Of a DNA stretch of 64,000 nt, positions 1 through 10,401 are shown piece after piece. The first letter of the stretch is position 1. Each line of letters starts with the position of its first letter. The DNA comes from Candidatus Obscuribacteraceae bacterium (GTDB lineage: Bacteria > Cyanobacteriota > Vampirovibrionia > Obscuribacterales > Obscuribacteraceae): positions 192,001-256,000 of the forward strand of contig JBGAHS010000007.1 of the NCBI GenBank assembly GCA_044226015.1. Reading direction: 5' to 3'. The notes under the pieces were generated by a model. That model saw only the letters and a list, made by a program, of their open reading frames with translations, ran no database searches and was not told where the DNA came from. Made by a program: the position numbers and the translations under genes.

Positions 1-1
1 C

Positions 2-2341
2 AACAAGTCTGGCCATGCTGAGTTGTTTGAGCATATTAGCAGTGCCTCGGACTTTTCTCTTCGAATACTTGAGCAAATTGAGAAGACCGACGATGTTTCG
101 TGCGTGAGGTTTATTCTGGACTTGTTGCTGGATAATTCTGTTTCCAGCATTTCTTTTACGACCAGGGCTGGAAAAAGCAGTTCGCTGGAAAATCGATTGC
201 TGGTTGTCCTGGCTAATTTGGACGATGCCAATTGCCAGAAACTAGTTTTCCAAAAGTGGTTTGATACCCGAGATGACCGGCTGGCAAATCTAATACCGAA
301 GTATCCTGCGCTCATCTGCCAGACGCTTGAGCATAATCTTTTGCGTCAATTGAAGTTTGGTGGCGTTGATGAGAGCAGTCTGGCTCATGCAAGCAAGATT
401 GGGAGAGGACGTCTGGAAACTTTGACTGCGGAAGCTGTTCCTATTTTGCTTCGAGCCTGTCTGGATTTTGATGTTTCTGTCTCGCGAGCGGCAAGAAATC
501 TTGTTACTCGTCTGGAGGATGCTGACGCGCAAAAAGAGATCCTCTCGATTTATCTTGGACAAGTGGAAGTTGAACCTGCACATTTGCGCGTGATTGAGCG
601 ATTAGCAGCGCGGCTTAAGTACTCACCTGAGCAGAGAGATGATCAGGTATTGTTCAGGTTATTGCTTAGAGATTGGGATGCCTTCGTTGAATTAGATCCA
701 CAAAGTAAAATTACACAACGCATCTACCAGTGGGCAAGTCAAAGCTTGCGTCAAAGAATTGCGCTGGCGCTAAAGGAAAGCTCAAGGTTCGAGTGGATCG
801 TCAATGTTTGCGGTCCCGAAGGGAAAATAAAGCTCTCCGAAATGAGCAACGATGATTGGCAGTTGCTTCAAAAGAGCCTCTCTTCGACTTCGTCGTGGGA
901 TGAGATTTGGAAGCTCATTCCTTTAATGCCGGCAGCAAACGCCAAAAAGTTTCTGCAACGCTTGCAGCAAGTTTCATGGAAACCCGCAGAATCTTCCGAC
1001 AAAGAGCGTTTTGGTAGATTGGTGAATTATGCCAATCGTCTCAGCACAGACCACCCTCCGATATGGAGTAACCTTGTGCTCTGGAAAACAATCGACCTTG
1101 GTGGACCTTTGCTCAATCAAATTCGCGGCGGACTCGAAATGTGGGAGTCGCGTTTTGCATTTGCTTTTGATGCCAGCGAGTTTTTCATGCTCGATAAAAA
1201 CAGCGAAGTACTCACATGGGCGTTGCCGTCTTGCTTGCCCGGAAGGTTTCATATCGATACGGATAATGCACTCACTGCTATTGCAGCAAGCCCCATTTCG
1301 CCATTACTTGCTCTGGGCACTCCTGGTGCTAATGTTCAGTTATGCGATCTGAATTCACGCCGTTCTGGCAAGAAATTGTTGCACGATTGCAAATCAGAAG
1401 AAGCTGGCAAAAGCCGAATAAAGAGCCTGAGTTTTAGTGCAAGCGGGGACTATTTGATGGCGATTCTGCGATCGACCGGACCCTCCCTCTGCTGCAATAC
1501 CATCAGCTATCAGACAGATTCGTGGAAGAAAACTCTTCCTCCGCTGCCACCATACTCAAACATTTCTGTCGATAATCAATGGCTTCTTTATTCCGAATTC
1601 AATCAAGTTCATCTTGAGAGAATGGATGGCAAACGTAGTCGCGTCGCCAGTATCCCGACATCTTTCCGTAGTGGTACGCTTCATTTCTTACCTGATGGCA
1701 GTGGTATCATTCGCGATGATGGTCGTCTCAGTTTGTACACTCTTCCAGGTTTGATTCGACTGCAAAAGGTTCATGCACCAGGTAGCATTTCGCGTTCCTT
1801 CATTGTTTCTGAGCAAAATCGTTATCGTGTAATCGGGCTGGTCGAGCCCGACTACAAATGGGTTCTCCTTGATTGTCCAAATAAAGAGCAGATTCACCCA
1901 AGCGAAGAACGATTGGTAGATCTTCGTTATCCTCCATGGCAGAGATCCGAAACTATCTCGTATCGCCAGGCATTGCTTGATGCCGGAGTGGACATAGAAT
2001 CCGTGGGAGACTTGAGCGATACCGATAGCCCTCAAAATGTCTGCCTCATCTTGAAAGACCCCAACTCGCAGTACCTTGCCGTTGTTCACACGAGTGGTAA
2101 GGTGAGTTTCTGGGTATCGGACCTCTTTCGTTTCGCCCAAACATCCGCAGCTTTGATGAGTGAATCTGAGCGCGCAACACTGCAGATGCGGCTGCACTCC
2201 TCTGAGACTAGCGAGACTGAGCTCAACTGGCTGAAATTTATATTTGAACTCAGTGGAACTTATGAGCACTGTGCCATTTCTATTGCTGAAACTGGAAATG
2301 ATTATGTCGAGCTTTCGGACTTTGACATTGAGATAGTTTGA
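2..2341 (+). CDS. HEAT/ARM-like helical N-terminus plus WD40-like beta-propeller protein (probably 5'-truncated by the window edge)
   Basis: The frame is open from base 2 with no stop before the TTG at 23. Leu-rich helical first half; WD40-like segments (LTAIAASP..LLALG, IKSLSFSASGDYL, GKVSFW); ends ...SDFDIEIV. Confidence 0.55.
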   Translation, partial: NKSGHAELFEHISSASDFSLRILEQIEKTDDVSCVRFILDLLLDNSVSSISFTTRAGKSSSLENRLLVVLANLDDANCQKLVFQKWFDTRDDRLANLIPKYPALICQTLEHNLLRQLKFGGVDESSLAHASKIGRGRLETLTAEAVPILLRACLDFDVSVSRAARNLVTRLEDADAQKEILSIYLGQVEVEPAHLRVIERLAARLKYSPEQRDDQVLFRLLLRDWDAFVELDPQSKITQRIYQWASQSLRQRIALALKESSRFEWIVNVCGPEGKIKLSEMSNDDWQLLQKSLSSTSSWDEIWKLIPLMPAANAKKFLQRLQQVSWKPAESSDKERFGRLVNYANRLSTDHPPIWSNLVLWKTIDLGGPLLNQIRGGLEMWESRFAFAFDASEFFMLDKNSEVLTWALPSCLPGRFHIDTDNALTAIAASPISPLLALGTPGANVQLCDLNSRRSGKKLLHDCKSEEAGKSRIKSLSFSASGDYLMAILRSTGPSLCCNTISYQTDSWKKTLPPLPPYSNISVDNQWLLYSEFNQVHLERMDGKRSRVASIPTSFRSGTLHFLPDGSGIIRDDGRLSLYTLPGLIRLQKVHAPGSISRSFIVSEQNRYRVIGLVEPDYKWVLLDCPNKEQIHPSEERLVDLRYPPWQRSETISYRQALLDAGVDIESVGDLSDTDSPQNVCLILKDPNSQYLAVVHTSGKVSFWVSDLFRFAQTSAALMSESERATLQMRLHSSETSETELNWLKFIFELSGTYEHCAISIAETGNDYVELSDFDIEIV

Positions 2342-2418
2342 TTAACTCTGTTACAAGCTCTCCAATTATGGGTATGTAGTCCTTGGCGATACCTAACTAG
2401 TCACCTTCTCGTGGGCGC

Positions 2419-5400
2419 GTGTCCGAGTATTACTCTGACATTAGGGGGTTACGCGTGATCAAGGTTCGCAACTATTTGCACACAATGCTATCGCTTCAGC
2501 TGCTGGTCACGTCCGGCATGTTGGCTCATAGTTTGATGGGCACCATAGCGAAAGCTGAAAACTCCGGTGGCGGCAGACCCGGGTCTTCGGGCACAAGTGG
2601 TGTGCAGCTCGACTTGAGTTCCACCGCGGCATCGATATCTGGGTCAACCCTTGGCAAAAACGATGTTCCTATAGTAACTGGCGGCAAGACTGTCCTGGTC
2701 GGAGCCAACTCTGCGCTTACTCCCGCGCAATATCTCGCGGCTATGTCTGTCATTAATGGCGGGCTGCAGACACTTACAATCAACAGTGCTGGTCAGGCTA
2801 CTGGTGGATTGTTCCAGGTTCCAACCAGCACCAATTTGACCAGCATTAATGTTCCGAAGGGTGTCATCGGCGTGTACGATGTGGCTGGCAATCACGCGTT
2901 GAACCTCAGTGGTAACTTCACAAACTATGGCAACTTCTATTTGTTGTCCACCAACCATTCTGTGAATTCCGGCAGCCTCACTGCCCAAAACATAGTCAAC
3001 AATCAGGGTGCTCTCATCAGCTCAGTATTGCCCAGTCTCATCACATCGATTTTCGGGCTGGTAAATAATCTGAGTTTCTCACTGAATGCAGTTCAAAATT
3101 TGCATAATTTTGGTTCCATTACCAGCGCAGGGTCGCTCAACCTCACTGCTGGAAATCAGATTGTTAACGGACTTGCCAGTGTTACTTCAAGTGCTGCTCT
3201 TGCTAGCGTCACTGCGACAAACAACATTTCGCTAATTGCACCGAATATAACGAACATCGGCCAGATTACCAGCGCTTTGAACAACATTAATATACAGACC
3301 ACAAACATGCAAAATGCTGGTCTCTTGCAATCAATCAAGGGTGACATCAACATAAGCAATTTGATTGATCGCACTATGAATATCAACAATGTTGGTGGCA
3401 TGATCTCAGCCCACAGTAGTTTGAACTTCAGTTCTGATACATCGAGAGCTGTTCTGTCTGTCGTTGGTGGCAATCTCCAGGCAAATGCAATCAATTTTGA
3501 TAATCCACAAGGAACCGTGTCTGTTTCAGTAGATGACATTTCTCGCAACCTTAATTTCGATGCAAGAAGGGTCACACTCTCTGTTTCCAAAGGCAGCTCG
3601 GGGCTAGACCTCAGAGGACTGGACAACTCTCGCTCTGTGGCATTGACCTATACAGGCAGTGGTGACATTTTCACAAGTGGCTTCACTACCCGCGGCAAGG
3701 ACGTCAGCATCGACACCACAGGTTCCATATCAATAGATGGACAGATTCTCACAAGCAGAAAAAATAAGGGAGATGGCGGCAACGTCTTCTTGAGTGCTGG
3801 GCAAGACCTTCTTGTTGGTGACATAAGCACAGCCGGAAAACAAGGCGGCGATGGCGGCAATATCACACTTATAGCTGGTGGAACTGTTGGCGCCAGTCAA
3901 CTTGTTGCATCCGGTGGCGCCAGTGGCAACCCCGGTGTTATAACTATTGAATCTGGAAAGTCGGGTTCTGGCGACACTACTGTTAGTGGAATTCTCGACA
4001 ATGGAGTCGCTGGCGGTGGGGTTGTAAGCATCACTAGCCCTGGCGGCATCACTGCTGGAACCATTTCCGCAATCAACGGTACCGTCACCATCAATAGCCA
4101 AACCACGAAGATAGACAAAATTGATGTTGGAAATGATGGTCAATTGAGTTTGAATCCATCTAAAGACAGCACTGGACCATACATTGTTGATCTCGGCGAT
4201 CTCTCTCATTTCGGAACAGGAAACATCAGCATCGGTGGCGGTGCAGGTGGACCGCTTAGTACAGACATTGTCGTGACTGGAAACTGCGACCATTGCCTCG
4301 GTAATGTCACAAGCATATCCTTAAATACGCAAGGTAGTTACAAGGCAACAGGCACTTCCCTGGTATTAGACGAGGGGCAATCTTATTCAGTCTCTGCTGA
4401 TCTCGGTGTGTTCACTGGCTCTGTGAGCGGTGGCAGTAGCATTTCGTTTACATCTAAGGGTGTAGTAACAGTAGATGGAACCATTAGCAACCCACACGTT
4501 GAATTGTCTGGAAGTGGTTTTGATATCAGCTCACCTATTCATGCAGAAGGTGGAACTGTCTCGTTGCTTCCAACTTCGTCGTCCACGGTGATAAATGGCT
4601 CGCAATTATCAAACGTAAATACATCGACATTGAACATAGGCAATGGCAGCAGCGGTAGTGTTCAAATTACAGGTACTGCAGATTTGACCCATGTCACTGA
4701 CCATGTTGGCGTTAATCTAAGTGGCGACTTCAATGCAGCCAATGCAACGATGAATCTTGCTAACAATGCCTCGATGGTTATTAATGCTAACAATGTAAAC
4801 ACAGGGGCAGTCAATGGTGGCGTTGCCTACGTTGTAAACGCCAGAGGCTCACTTGATGTTAGCGGCAACTTGAATATTCCTAATGGACCAGTAGTACTGA
4901 ATGGCGATTTAAATGCAAGTGGTGCATCTATTAATTTGCACTCCGGCACTTCAATTACTGCTGCGGCTGTTTCAGTCATGAGCCCGATGGGAGCAATTTC
5001 CAGTGGCAGTCAGATTAAGTCTTTGAATGCTGAAATTGCTTTTGACGCGGGGTCTTCCCTGACCTTCCTTGATGCTGCGTCAATCAAGGCGGCAACAAAT
5101 GTTAATCTTAGTTCTGGAGCCAATATGACCTTCGGCAGTCAATCGGGCTCTGGCGTCTTGGTGAGTGCTGGTTATTTGTCGTCTTCTGTTGATCCATTCC
5201 ATCAAACCGGTACTGTTTCTGATTCCATGCTTGGAACTGGTGGCAACATCAACATCAATACTTTCAAGAATGGCTCTGCCAGTGGTGACGTAAGCCTGGG
5301 CAATCAGGTAAGTCTTGTGGCAGCTGGTAGCGGAAACACCGGCAATGTTGCTGTGTTGAGTGGTGGCAATATCAATGTCGGAGCCGCCAAGTTGGCTTCC

Positions 5401-7497
5401 GTTGGCGGAAACCTCTGGCTCAGTTCGAAGACAAATGTGAATATCAGCGGAGCTAACATCGTTTCTATTGCTTCAAGCTCAAGCAAAGCCGGTACTGCCT
5501 ATACTGGCGGACAAATTGCTATTCTGGCAGGGGCTCCGGAAACTGACATGGGAGTTATGCTCGCTGGGCTGGCTGCTAATCGCAATTCGAGCAAGCAATA
5601 CCATTCTGACACCAGCTTGAGTGGAAATACCATTTCGCTGCAAAATGGTTCATCCTTCTCAGTGGTGCAGCCAGCTGATCACCTTGTGACGCTGACAAAT
5701 AACAACATCACATTGAACGGCGGCGTGGTATTCATCGACCCACCACCTAGCTCGACAGTCAATGTCACTGGCTCGACGATCAATGCTGTTGGACCTGGCA
5801 TTAGCTCCCCGACTGTGCTTCTTGGCGGTACAACAGTCGTTAACACCGGCGGCAATTCTGGAGGCACTCCGGTCGTCGTTCCTCCGACCAGCACCGGTGG
5901 TGATACCACTGGCATTGGCTCGGGGACGGGCACAGGCACCGGCGGGTTGGGAACCGGTCTTGGTGGAACCGGTACCATTCTCAACACATTTAGTGCTAGC
6001 TTCGTTCAGGGACCAGGAAGCAGCACCGTAAACTCGAATGATATTTCGTCAAAATCAACGAGCAATCAAATTCAGTTCTTCGGCGGTAATTTCAATACTA
6101 ATGGTACTTCTACAGCTCTAGGAGTGGATACTTTAGAGGAAGGTCCCATCAAACCTACCATGCGCTCTGGCGTATTTTGTTCGAAGCCTCAGCTGCTAAA
6201 GACCTCGGACATTCTGGATGAGGACAGCTGGATTATTGCTTCTAGCAGCTGCCAGCCGTTCACTTTTGAAGAGCATGATGGCTCACTCATTGTAGGAACC
6301 GGTCCTGCGAAGTTCGCTCCCGCGCAAGATCGAACACTGCTGCTTCGAGAAGGAAAGATACTCGTAATCACTGTTGATAAGATTCACGTCGTAAGAACAC
6401 CGTTTTGCAATATCACCATTCCAGTAAACACCGCTTCCATTGTGGAAGTAGACACTCAAGGCATGGTGAGAATCGCTCAATTGGCAGGTGGCAAAACATC
6501 CGTGACCATTTGTAGAAATGACGAAACACTGATTCTTTCAGCTTCACCGGGCGAGCAGCTCGTGCTTGGAGAATCTGCCGTTTCTGAAGAGCAGTTTGGC
6601 AATTTTAGTTTTCCTGAAGTGGCTCACACCAAAGTGTCTGCCTGGAACTTGGAGATTTCTGGACTGCGCGGGCAAAAAATGCGCTTTGACAGACACGAAA
6701 TGGCGCAACGCGAGCCTCTTCTTCATTGCAGCATGGGGTGCGTAAATCAAACTCAATTGCGCAGAATTGAGCAGCTCATGCAGAGTATGTCGAGTGAGCA
6801 AGCTGTGCTCAAATCAATGGTCAAACAAGGCAAGGGCGCTCGCCTTATCGAAGGCTCATTGCCAGCTTCGCCCAATCAAATGCGACCAATATCGTTCACT
6901 GACAACACACTTCATGGTGCCTTGAATTTCAATACTCTGAACGCAGGCAGTGCACTGGTTAAGTATTCTGGAAAGTGTAAAGTCTCCTTGAGCAGTCCCG
7001 GACTTATAGTTCTGGAAGAAGGCGAGGCGCTTGTTGCAGCAGATAAACGAACTATAGTGAAATCGGGTGTTTCACATATTGAACTTAAGCCTGGCACGGT
7101 AGCAACGTTTCATGCGCACGATGGTCTGCTAACTGTCCGCAATGTATTTGAGAAGAACTCCACTTCTGTTGTCGCAACTGTTGCCGCAAAGAAGGTTGTA
7201 GGGCTGCAGGTGGGTCACGAAATTATCATTGGACCTAAGGGGCTGTCTATTGGACATACCCTTAGTGATGAACCGATTGGACGCCGTCGCATCAAGAACG
7301 AGGACCTTTCCTCAGGGCACACCTACATCTCTTCGGAAATTTCACTCAATTCACTTATGTTGAATTCGAACATTTTGGCTCAATTGATTCGCAGCGATGA
7401 TGATGCTGATAAAGAGCTGGCTAGGAAGATAATGAAGATGGCAGTATGCCTATCGCTAGTGACTTCAGGTCACGGCAATTTTTCAATGGGTCATTAG
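2419..7497 (+). CDS. Large secreted filamentous-hemagglutinin-like beta-helical exoprotein with two C-terminal FecR-like beta modules (likely start GTG 2455)
   Basis: 1692-aa ORF. Signal peptide ending ...IAKA; ~1100 aa of G/S/N/T-rich beta-helix-type repeats (GNVFLSAG, GNITLIAG, NVNLSSG); Gly/Thr linker; two similar C-terminal modules (LLLREGKILV.. / IVLEEGEALV..). Confidence 0.7.
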   Translation: MSEYYSDIRGLRVIKVRNYLHTMLSLQLLVTSGMLAHSLMGTIAKAENSGGGRPGSSGTSGVQLDLSSTAASISGSTLGKNDVPIVTGGKTVLVGANSALTPAQYLAAMSVINGGLQTLTINSAGQATGGLFQVPTSTNLTSINVPKGVIGVYDVAGNHALNLSGNFTNYGNFYLLSTNHSVNSGSLTAQNIVNNQGALISSVLPSLITSIFGLVNNLSFSLNAVQNLHNFGSITSAGSLNLTAGNQIVNGLASVTSSAALASVTATNNISLIAPNITNIGQITSALNNINIQTTNMQNAGLLQSIKGDINISNLIDRTMNINNVGGMISAHSSLNFSSDTSRAVLSVVGGNLQANAINFDNPQGTVSVSVDDISRNLNFDARRVTLSVSKGSSGLDLRGLDNSRSVALTYTGSGDIFTSGFTTRGKDVSIDTTGSISIDGQILTSRKNKGDGGNVFLSAGQDLLVGDISTAGKQGGDGGNITLIAGGTVGASQLVASGGASGNPGVITIESGKSGSGDTTVSGILDNGVAGGGVVSITSPGGITAGTISAINGTVTINSQTTKIDKIDVGNDGQLSLNPSKDSTGPYIVDLGDLSHFGTGNISIGGGAGGPLSTDIVVTGNCDHCLGNVTSISLNTQGSYKATGTSLVLDEGQSYSVSADLGVFTGSVSGGSSISFTSKGVVTVDGTISNPHVELSGSGFDISSPIHAEGGTVSLLPTSSSTVINGSQLSNVNTSTLNIGNGSSGSVQITGTADLTHVTDHVGVNLSGDFNAANATMNLANNASMVINANNVNTGAVNGGVAYVVNARGSLDVSGNLNIPNGPVVLNGDLNASGASINLHSGTSITAAAVSVMSPMGAISSGSQIKSLNAEIAFDAGSSLTFLDAASIKAATNVNLSSGANMTFGSQSGSGVLVSAGYLSSSVDPFHQTGTVSDSMLGTGGNININTFKNGSASGDVSLGNQVSLVAAGSGNTGNVAVLSGGNINVGAAKLASVGGNLWLSSKTNVNISGANIVSIASSSSKAGTAYTGGQIAILAGAPETDMGVMLAGLAANRNSSKQYHSDTSLSGNTISLQNGSSFSVVQPADHLVTLTNNNITLNGGVVFIDPPPSSTVNVTGSTINAVGPGISSPTVLLGGTTVVNTGGNSGGTPVVVPPTSTGGDTTGIGSGTGTGTGGLGTGLGGTGTILNTFSASFVQGPGSSTVNSNDISSKSTSNQIQFFGGNFNTNGTSTALGVDTLEEGPIKPTMRSGVFCSKPQLLKTSDILDEDSWIIASSSCQPFTFEEHDGSLIVGTGPAKFAPAQDRTLLLREGKILVITVDKIHVVRTPFCNITIPVNTASIVEVDTQGMVRIAQLAGGKTSVTICRNDETLILSASPGEQLVLGESAVSEEQFGNFSFPEVAHTKVSAWNLEISGLRGQKMRFDRHEMAQREPLLHCSMGCVNQTQLRRIEQLMQSMSSEQAVLKSMVKQGKGARLIEGSLPASPNQMRPISFTDNTLHGALNFNTLNAGSALVKYSGKCKVSLSSPGLIVLEEGEALVAADKRTIVKSGVSHIELKPGTVATFHAHDGLLTVRNVFEKNSTSVVATVAAKKVVGLQVGHEIIIGPKGLSIGHTLSDEPIGRRRIKNEDLSSGHTYISSEISLNSLMLNSNILAQLIRSDDDADKELARKIMKMAVCLSLVTSGHGNFSMGH

Positions 7498-10394
7498 TCC
7501 GGCAGCCTTGCTTCCAACCAGAAAAGAGTTCTGAAAGGATCTCCCAAATAGAGTTTTGTGCCTGGTGTGTGCATCTTCTCCAGTGTCTTTTGATAATTGA
7601 GTTGAACTGCCAGCTCTTGTTCGATCAACTGACGTAAATCTGCACTGAATTCCGGGTTAGCTTGCTCATGCTTCAAGAGTGTGATAAAGCTCTTGTTTAA
7701 CGCTCTTCGTTTCTCGATTTTGTTTCCCATAACGATATTAAAGTCATTAACCATCTTCTGGATTTTCTTTAGCCTGTCGGCAAACTTTTGTTCAGAGCTT
7801 CCTGCTGAGTTGTCTATCAAAAATATGAGCGCATCTGGATAAGAGTCAAGCATAGGTAGCGGAGCCTTATGAAAGTATTCATCCATAAGCCTCTCTAACT
7901 TATTCAGTTGCTTATTTTCGCCCTTCTTGTTCGTCGTCGGCTCGAACTTAAAATCATTTCTCAACTTCAAAAATGCGTGCAAAAATGCCAGTCCATGCGG
8001 GGTGTCCTCCAGATGTGGTGAGCTAAACATCTTGTTCAGGCGCTCTTCGATTTGTTGGTCGTCACGACCTTGAGCACGTTGAGCTTCCAGATATAGCTGC
8101 AAGGAAAGTGCCTTAATGTAATTGGACCTGATTGAATTACTTTCTTCTGTATCTGCCACCGCAATCTTAAAAAATCTCTCTGCGGCGGGATATTGTTTGC
8201 GCAAAAACGCGAACTTTCCTAGTGCGAGACGAAGCTCTGCACACGACAATTTTATTTCTGTATTTCCAATGTCTTCTAGATGCGTTGTTTGTTTTTCGTC
8301 AAGGGCGGCTAGCTCTACCGGGTCAATCCCCTCAGCGAGCAACTCCGTCCAGATAGCAGGTGCTGCCGCAATTGCTCGTCGATTGTCAGGCTGAACTCTA
8401 TTGGCGATTGCACTTACGTTTCCATAATCAAGCAGCTTCGCTATGTAATTTCGGGCTAAGTCGGTATTGCCTCCCATCCCCGACTGATGGCGTGCTCTAA
8501 GAAAAAGCGCCATTCCCTCATCACAGACTACGTCAGTAAAAGTTTCTGAATTGAGGCACCTGTTCAAAATCTTTTTGGATAGGTCTATGGCGTTACTATA
8601 GTGTTGAAGATCAATTTCAGCTCTACATTCTTGTATCTGCATTCTTGCTTTGTCCAGATAGTGATTGGCCGAATTAAACTGTACCGTTGTTACTGAATCT
8701 GGAAGTGATTCGTATTCTTGCATGAACGCCAGTATTTCCTTTTGCATTCCGCATTCGCAAAATAGTGCCACCCAGTCTCCGTACTGAGGCAGTTTTTTGT
8801 TGGCTTTTATCAGGGTTCGTGCAGACTTTAGAGACTTCCTCAGCTCATCTTCAAAAGGGATTCCAGCGTAGAATTTGCTGCGAGCCACGGACAACTCCAA
8901 ATCAAACTGGGCGTGTCCTAACTCCGCCATTGAGCACGCTGGAAAACCGGGCTCGATAATTTCTTTTGCTTTGGCAAAATCACCATTACATGATTGATAG
9001 TAGGCTGCCAGCGCCAGTACCTGAGCGTATTTTTCCACAGTCGGAGAACCCGTGCCTGTTTTCAATATCTCTTTCGACCAGATTTTGTAAGAAGCCAGGT
9101 CGTCTTGTAAAATCCTCGTTAGTGCAACTGCCCTTTCAAAGTCTTGTAAGCTTCCGACATCGTAATTTGGCTGAAGTTTTGTTGACCTTACTTGTTCCAG
9201 TGCCTCCCGGTCGCTGATGGCATTCGTAACTTTAGGCCAATATCCTGTTTTTACTCGCGCGAGACCTTCCATCCACTGAACACTCATTCGACTCTTAAGG
9301 TCACTCGATTGTGATTGCGCGAGCCAATCTTCACACTGTTGAATCGTCTGGAGATTGTCAGCTCCAGCAGATGGCATTTTTGATTTGCCAAAAAGCGTTT
9401 TTATCCTGGGACGGTCCTTTATCATCAACTGTTTTTTGTATTCGATGAGAAAGAAGAATCCGACTCCAATAAGCACAATGGCAGCTGCATAAGGCAACAT
9501 ACGCAGCAGTCCATGGACGGATGCTGTCTTTGATTTTGAAGTATCCTTTGCTCTGGAAATTGCATTGGACAGCTCATCGACACTCTGAAATCGGTTGGAT
9601 GGATCTTTTTGCAGGCATTTGATAATTACGTTTTCAAAATCTCTGGAGATGCCTTTGTTGGCTGGCACTGACTTGATTATCTTGTTGGCATGATTGTTCA
9701 AAATGGCGAAATCATTTTGATCATCCATTGGCGGACTGCCCGCTAGCGCCTCATACATCAGGCAGCCCAGCGAGTATATGTCTGAGCGCGCATCTAGTGG
9801 CTTCATTTTGCATTGCTCTGGGCTCATATAGTTGAATGAACCTAGAATCAATCCTGTCTTAGTGAGTTTTTGATTGCTGTCTGCAATGTTTTTGAATATG
9901 CCGAAATCGAGCAAGCGAGCGACAGAGTAGCTTGAATCTAAAATGACGTTGGACGGTTTTATATCACGGTGTACGATGCCTCTCTCATGTGCATATTTGA
10001 GAGCAGACGAAATGTCTGTCACAATTGCTTTAAGTTCGTCTTCTGTCAGGGGAGAACTCTTGAGTCGCTCAGCAAGCGTTTCTCCTTCAATGAACTCAAT
10101 TGCAATGAATGGCTGTCCTTCATCAGTTTCACCAAATGAGAGAAACTTTGGAATATTCGGATGCGAAAACGAACTCAGGAGTGACGCTTCCTTTTTGAAT
10201 CGTTCCAACGCTTTGTTATCTTCTCCGAAGTCTTTTGCAAAAATTTTGACGGCGACGTCCTGATCAAGCAAAGTATGCCGGGCTTTATAAACTATGCTTG
10301 AAGCACCTTTTCCAAGAATCGCTTTCAATTCAAACTTGTTAGCGATTATTTTATCGAAATCTTGATTGCTGCCATCATTGTTCATTGGTGCCAC
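7494..10394 (-). CDS. Membrane Ser/Thr protein kinase (Hanks type) with extracytoplasmic TPR-like helical region
   Basis: GKGASSIV, VAVK, HRDIKPSN, DFG, YMSPEQ and DIYSLG motifs; TM helix (LPYAAAIVLIGVGFFFLI); long helical C-terminus. Confidence 0.9.
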   Translation of the reverse strand: MAPMNNDGSNQDFDKIIANKFELKAILGKGASSIVYKARHTLLDQDVAVKIFAKDFGEDNKALERFKKEASLLSSFSHPNIPKFLSFGETDEGQPFIAIEFIEGETLAERLKSSPLTEDELKAIVTDISSALKYAHERGIVHRDIKPSNVILDSSYSVARLLDFGIFKNIADSNQKLTKTGLILGSFNYMSPEQCKMKPLDARSDIYSLGCLMYEALAGSPPMDDQNDFAILNNHANKIIKSVPANKGISRDFENVIIKCLQKDPSNRFQSVDELSNAISRAKDTSKSKTASVHGLLRMLPYAAAIVLIGVGFFFLIEYKKQLMIKDRPRIKTLFGKSKMPSAGADNLQTIQQCEDWLAQSQSSDLKSRMSVQWMEGLARVKTGYWPKVTNAISDREALEQVRSTKLQPNYDVGSLQDFERAVALTRILQDDLASYKIWSKEILKTGTGSPTVEKYAQVLALAAYYQSCNGDFAKAKEIIEPGFPACSMAELGHAQFDLELSVARSKFYAGIPFEDELRKSLKSARTLIKANKKLPQYGDWVALFCECGMQKEILAFMQEYESLPDSVTTVQFNSANHYLDKARMQIQECRAEIDLQHYSNAIDLSKKILNRCLNSETFTDVVCDEGMALFLRARHQSGMGGNTDLARNYIAKLLDYGNVSAIANRVQPDNRRAIAAAPAIWTELLAEGIDPVELAALDEKQTTHLEDIGNTEIKLSCAELRLALGKFAFLRKQYPAAERFFKIAVADTEESNSIRSNYIKALSLQLYLEAQRAQGRDDQQIEERLNKMFSSPHLEDTPHGLAFLHAFLKLRNDFKFEPTTNKKGENKQLNKLERLMDEYFHKAPLPMLDSYPDALIFLIDNSAGSSEQKFADRLKKIQKMVNDFNIVMGNKIEKRRALNKSFITLLKHEQANPEFSADLRQLIEQELAVQLNYQKTLEKMHTPGTKLYLGDPFRTLFWLEARLPD

Positions 10395-10401
10395 TCAAAC
10401 G

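Noticed and set aside
2419..7497. Classical autotransporter or TpsA assignment
   Set aside because: No recognisable C-terminal barrel signature, TPS motif or adjacent TpsB.
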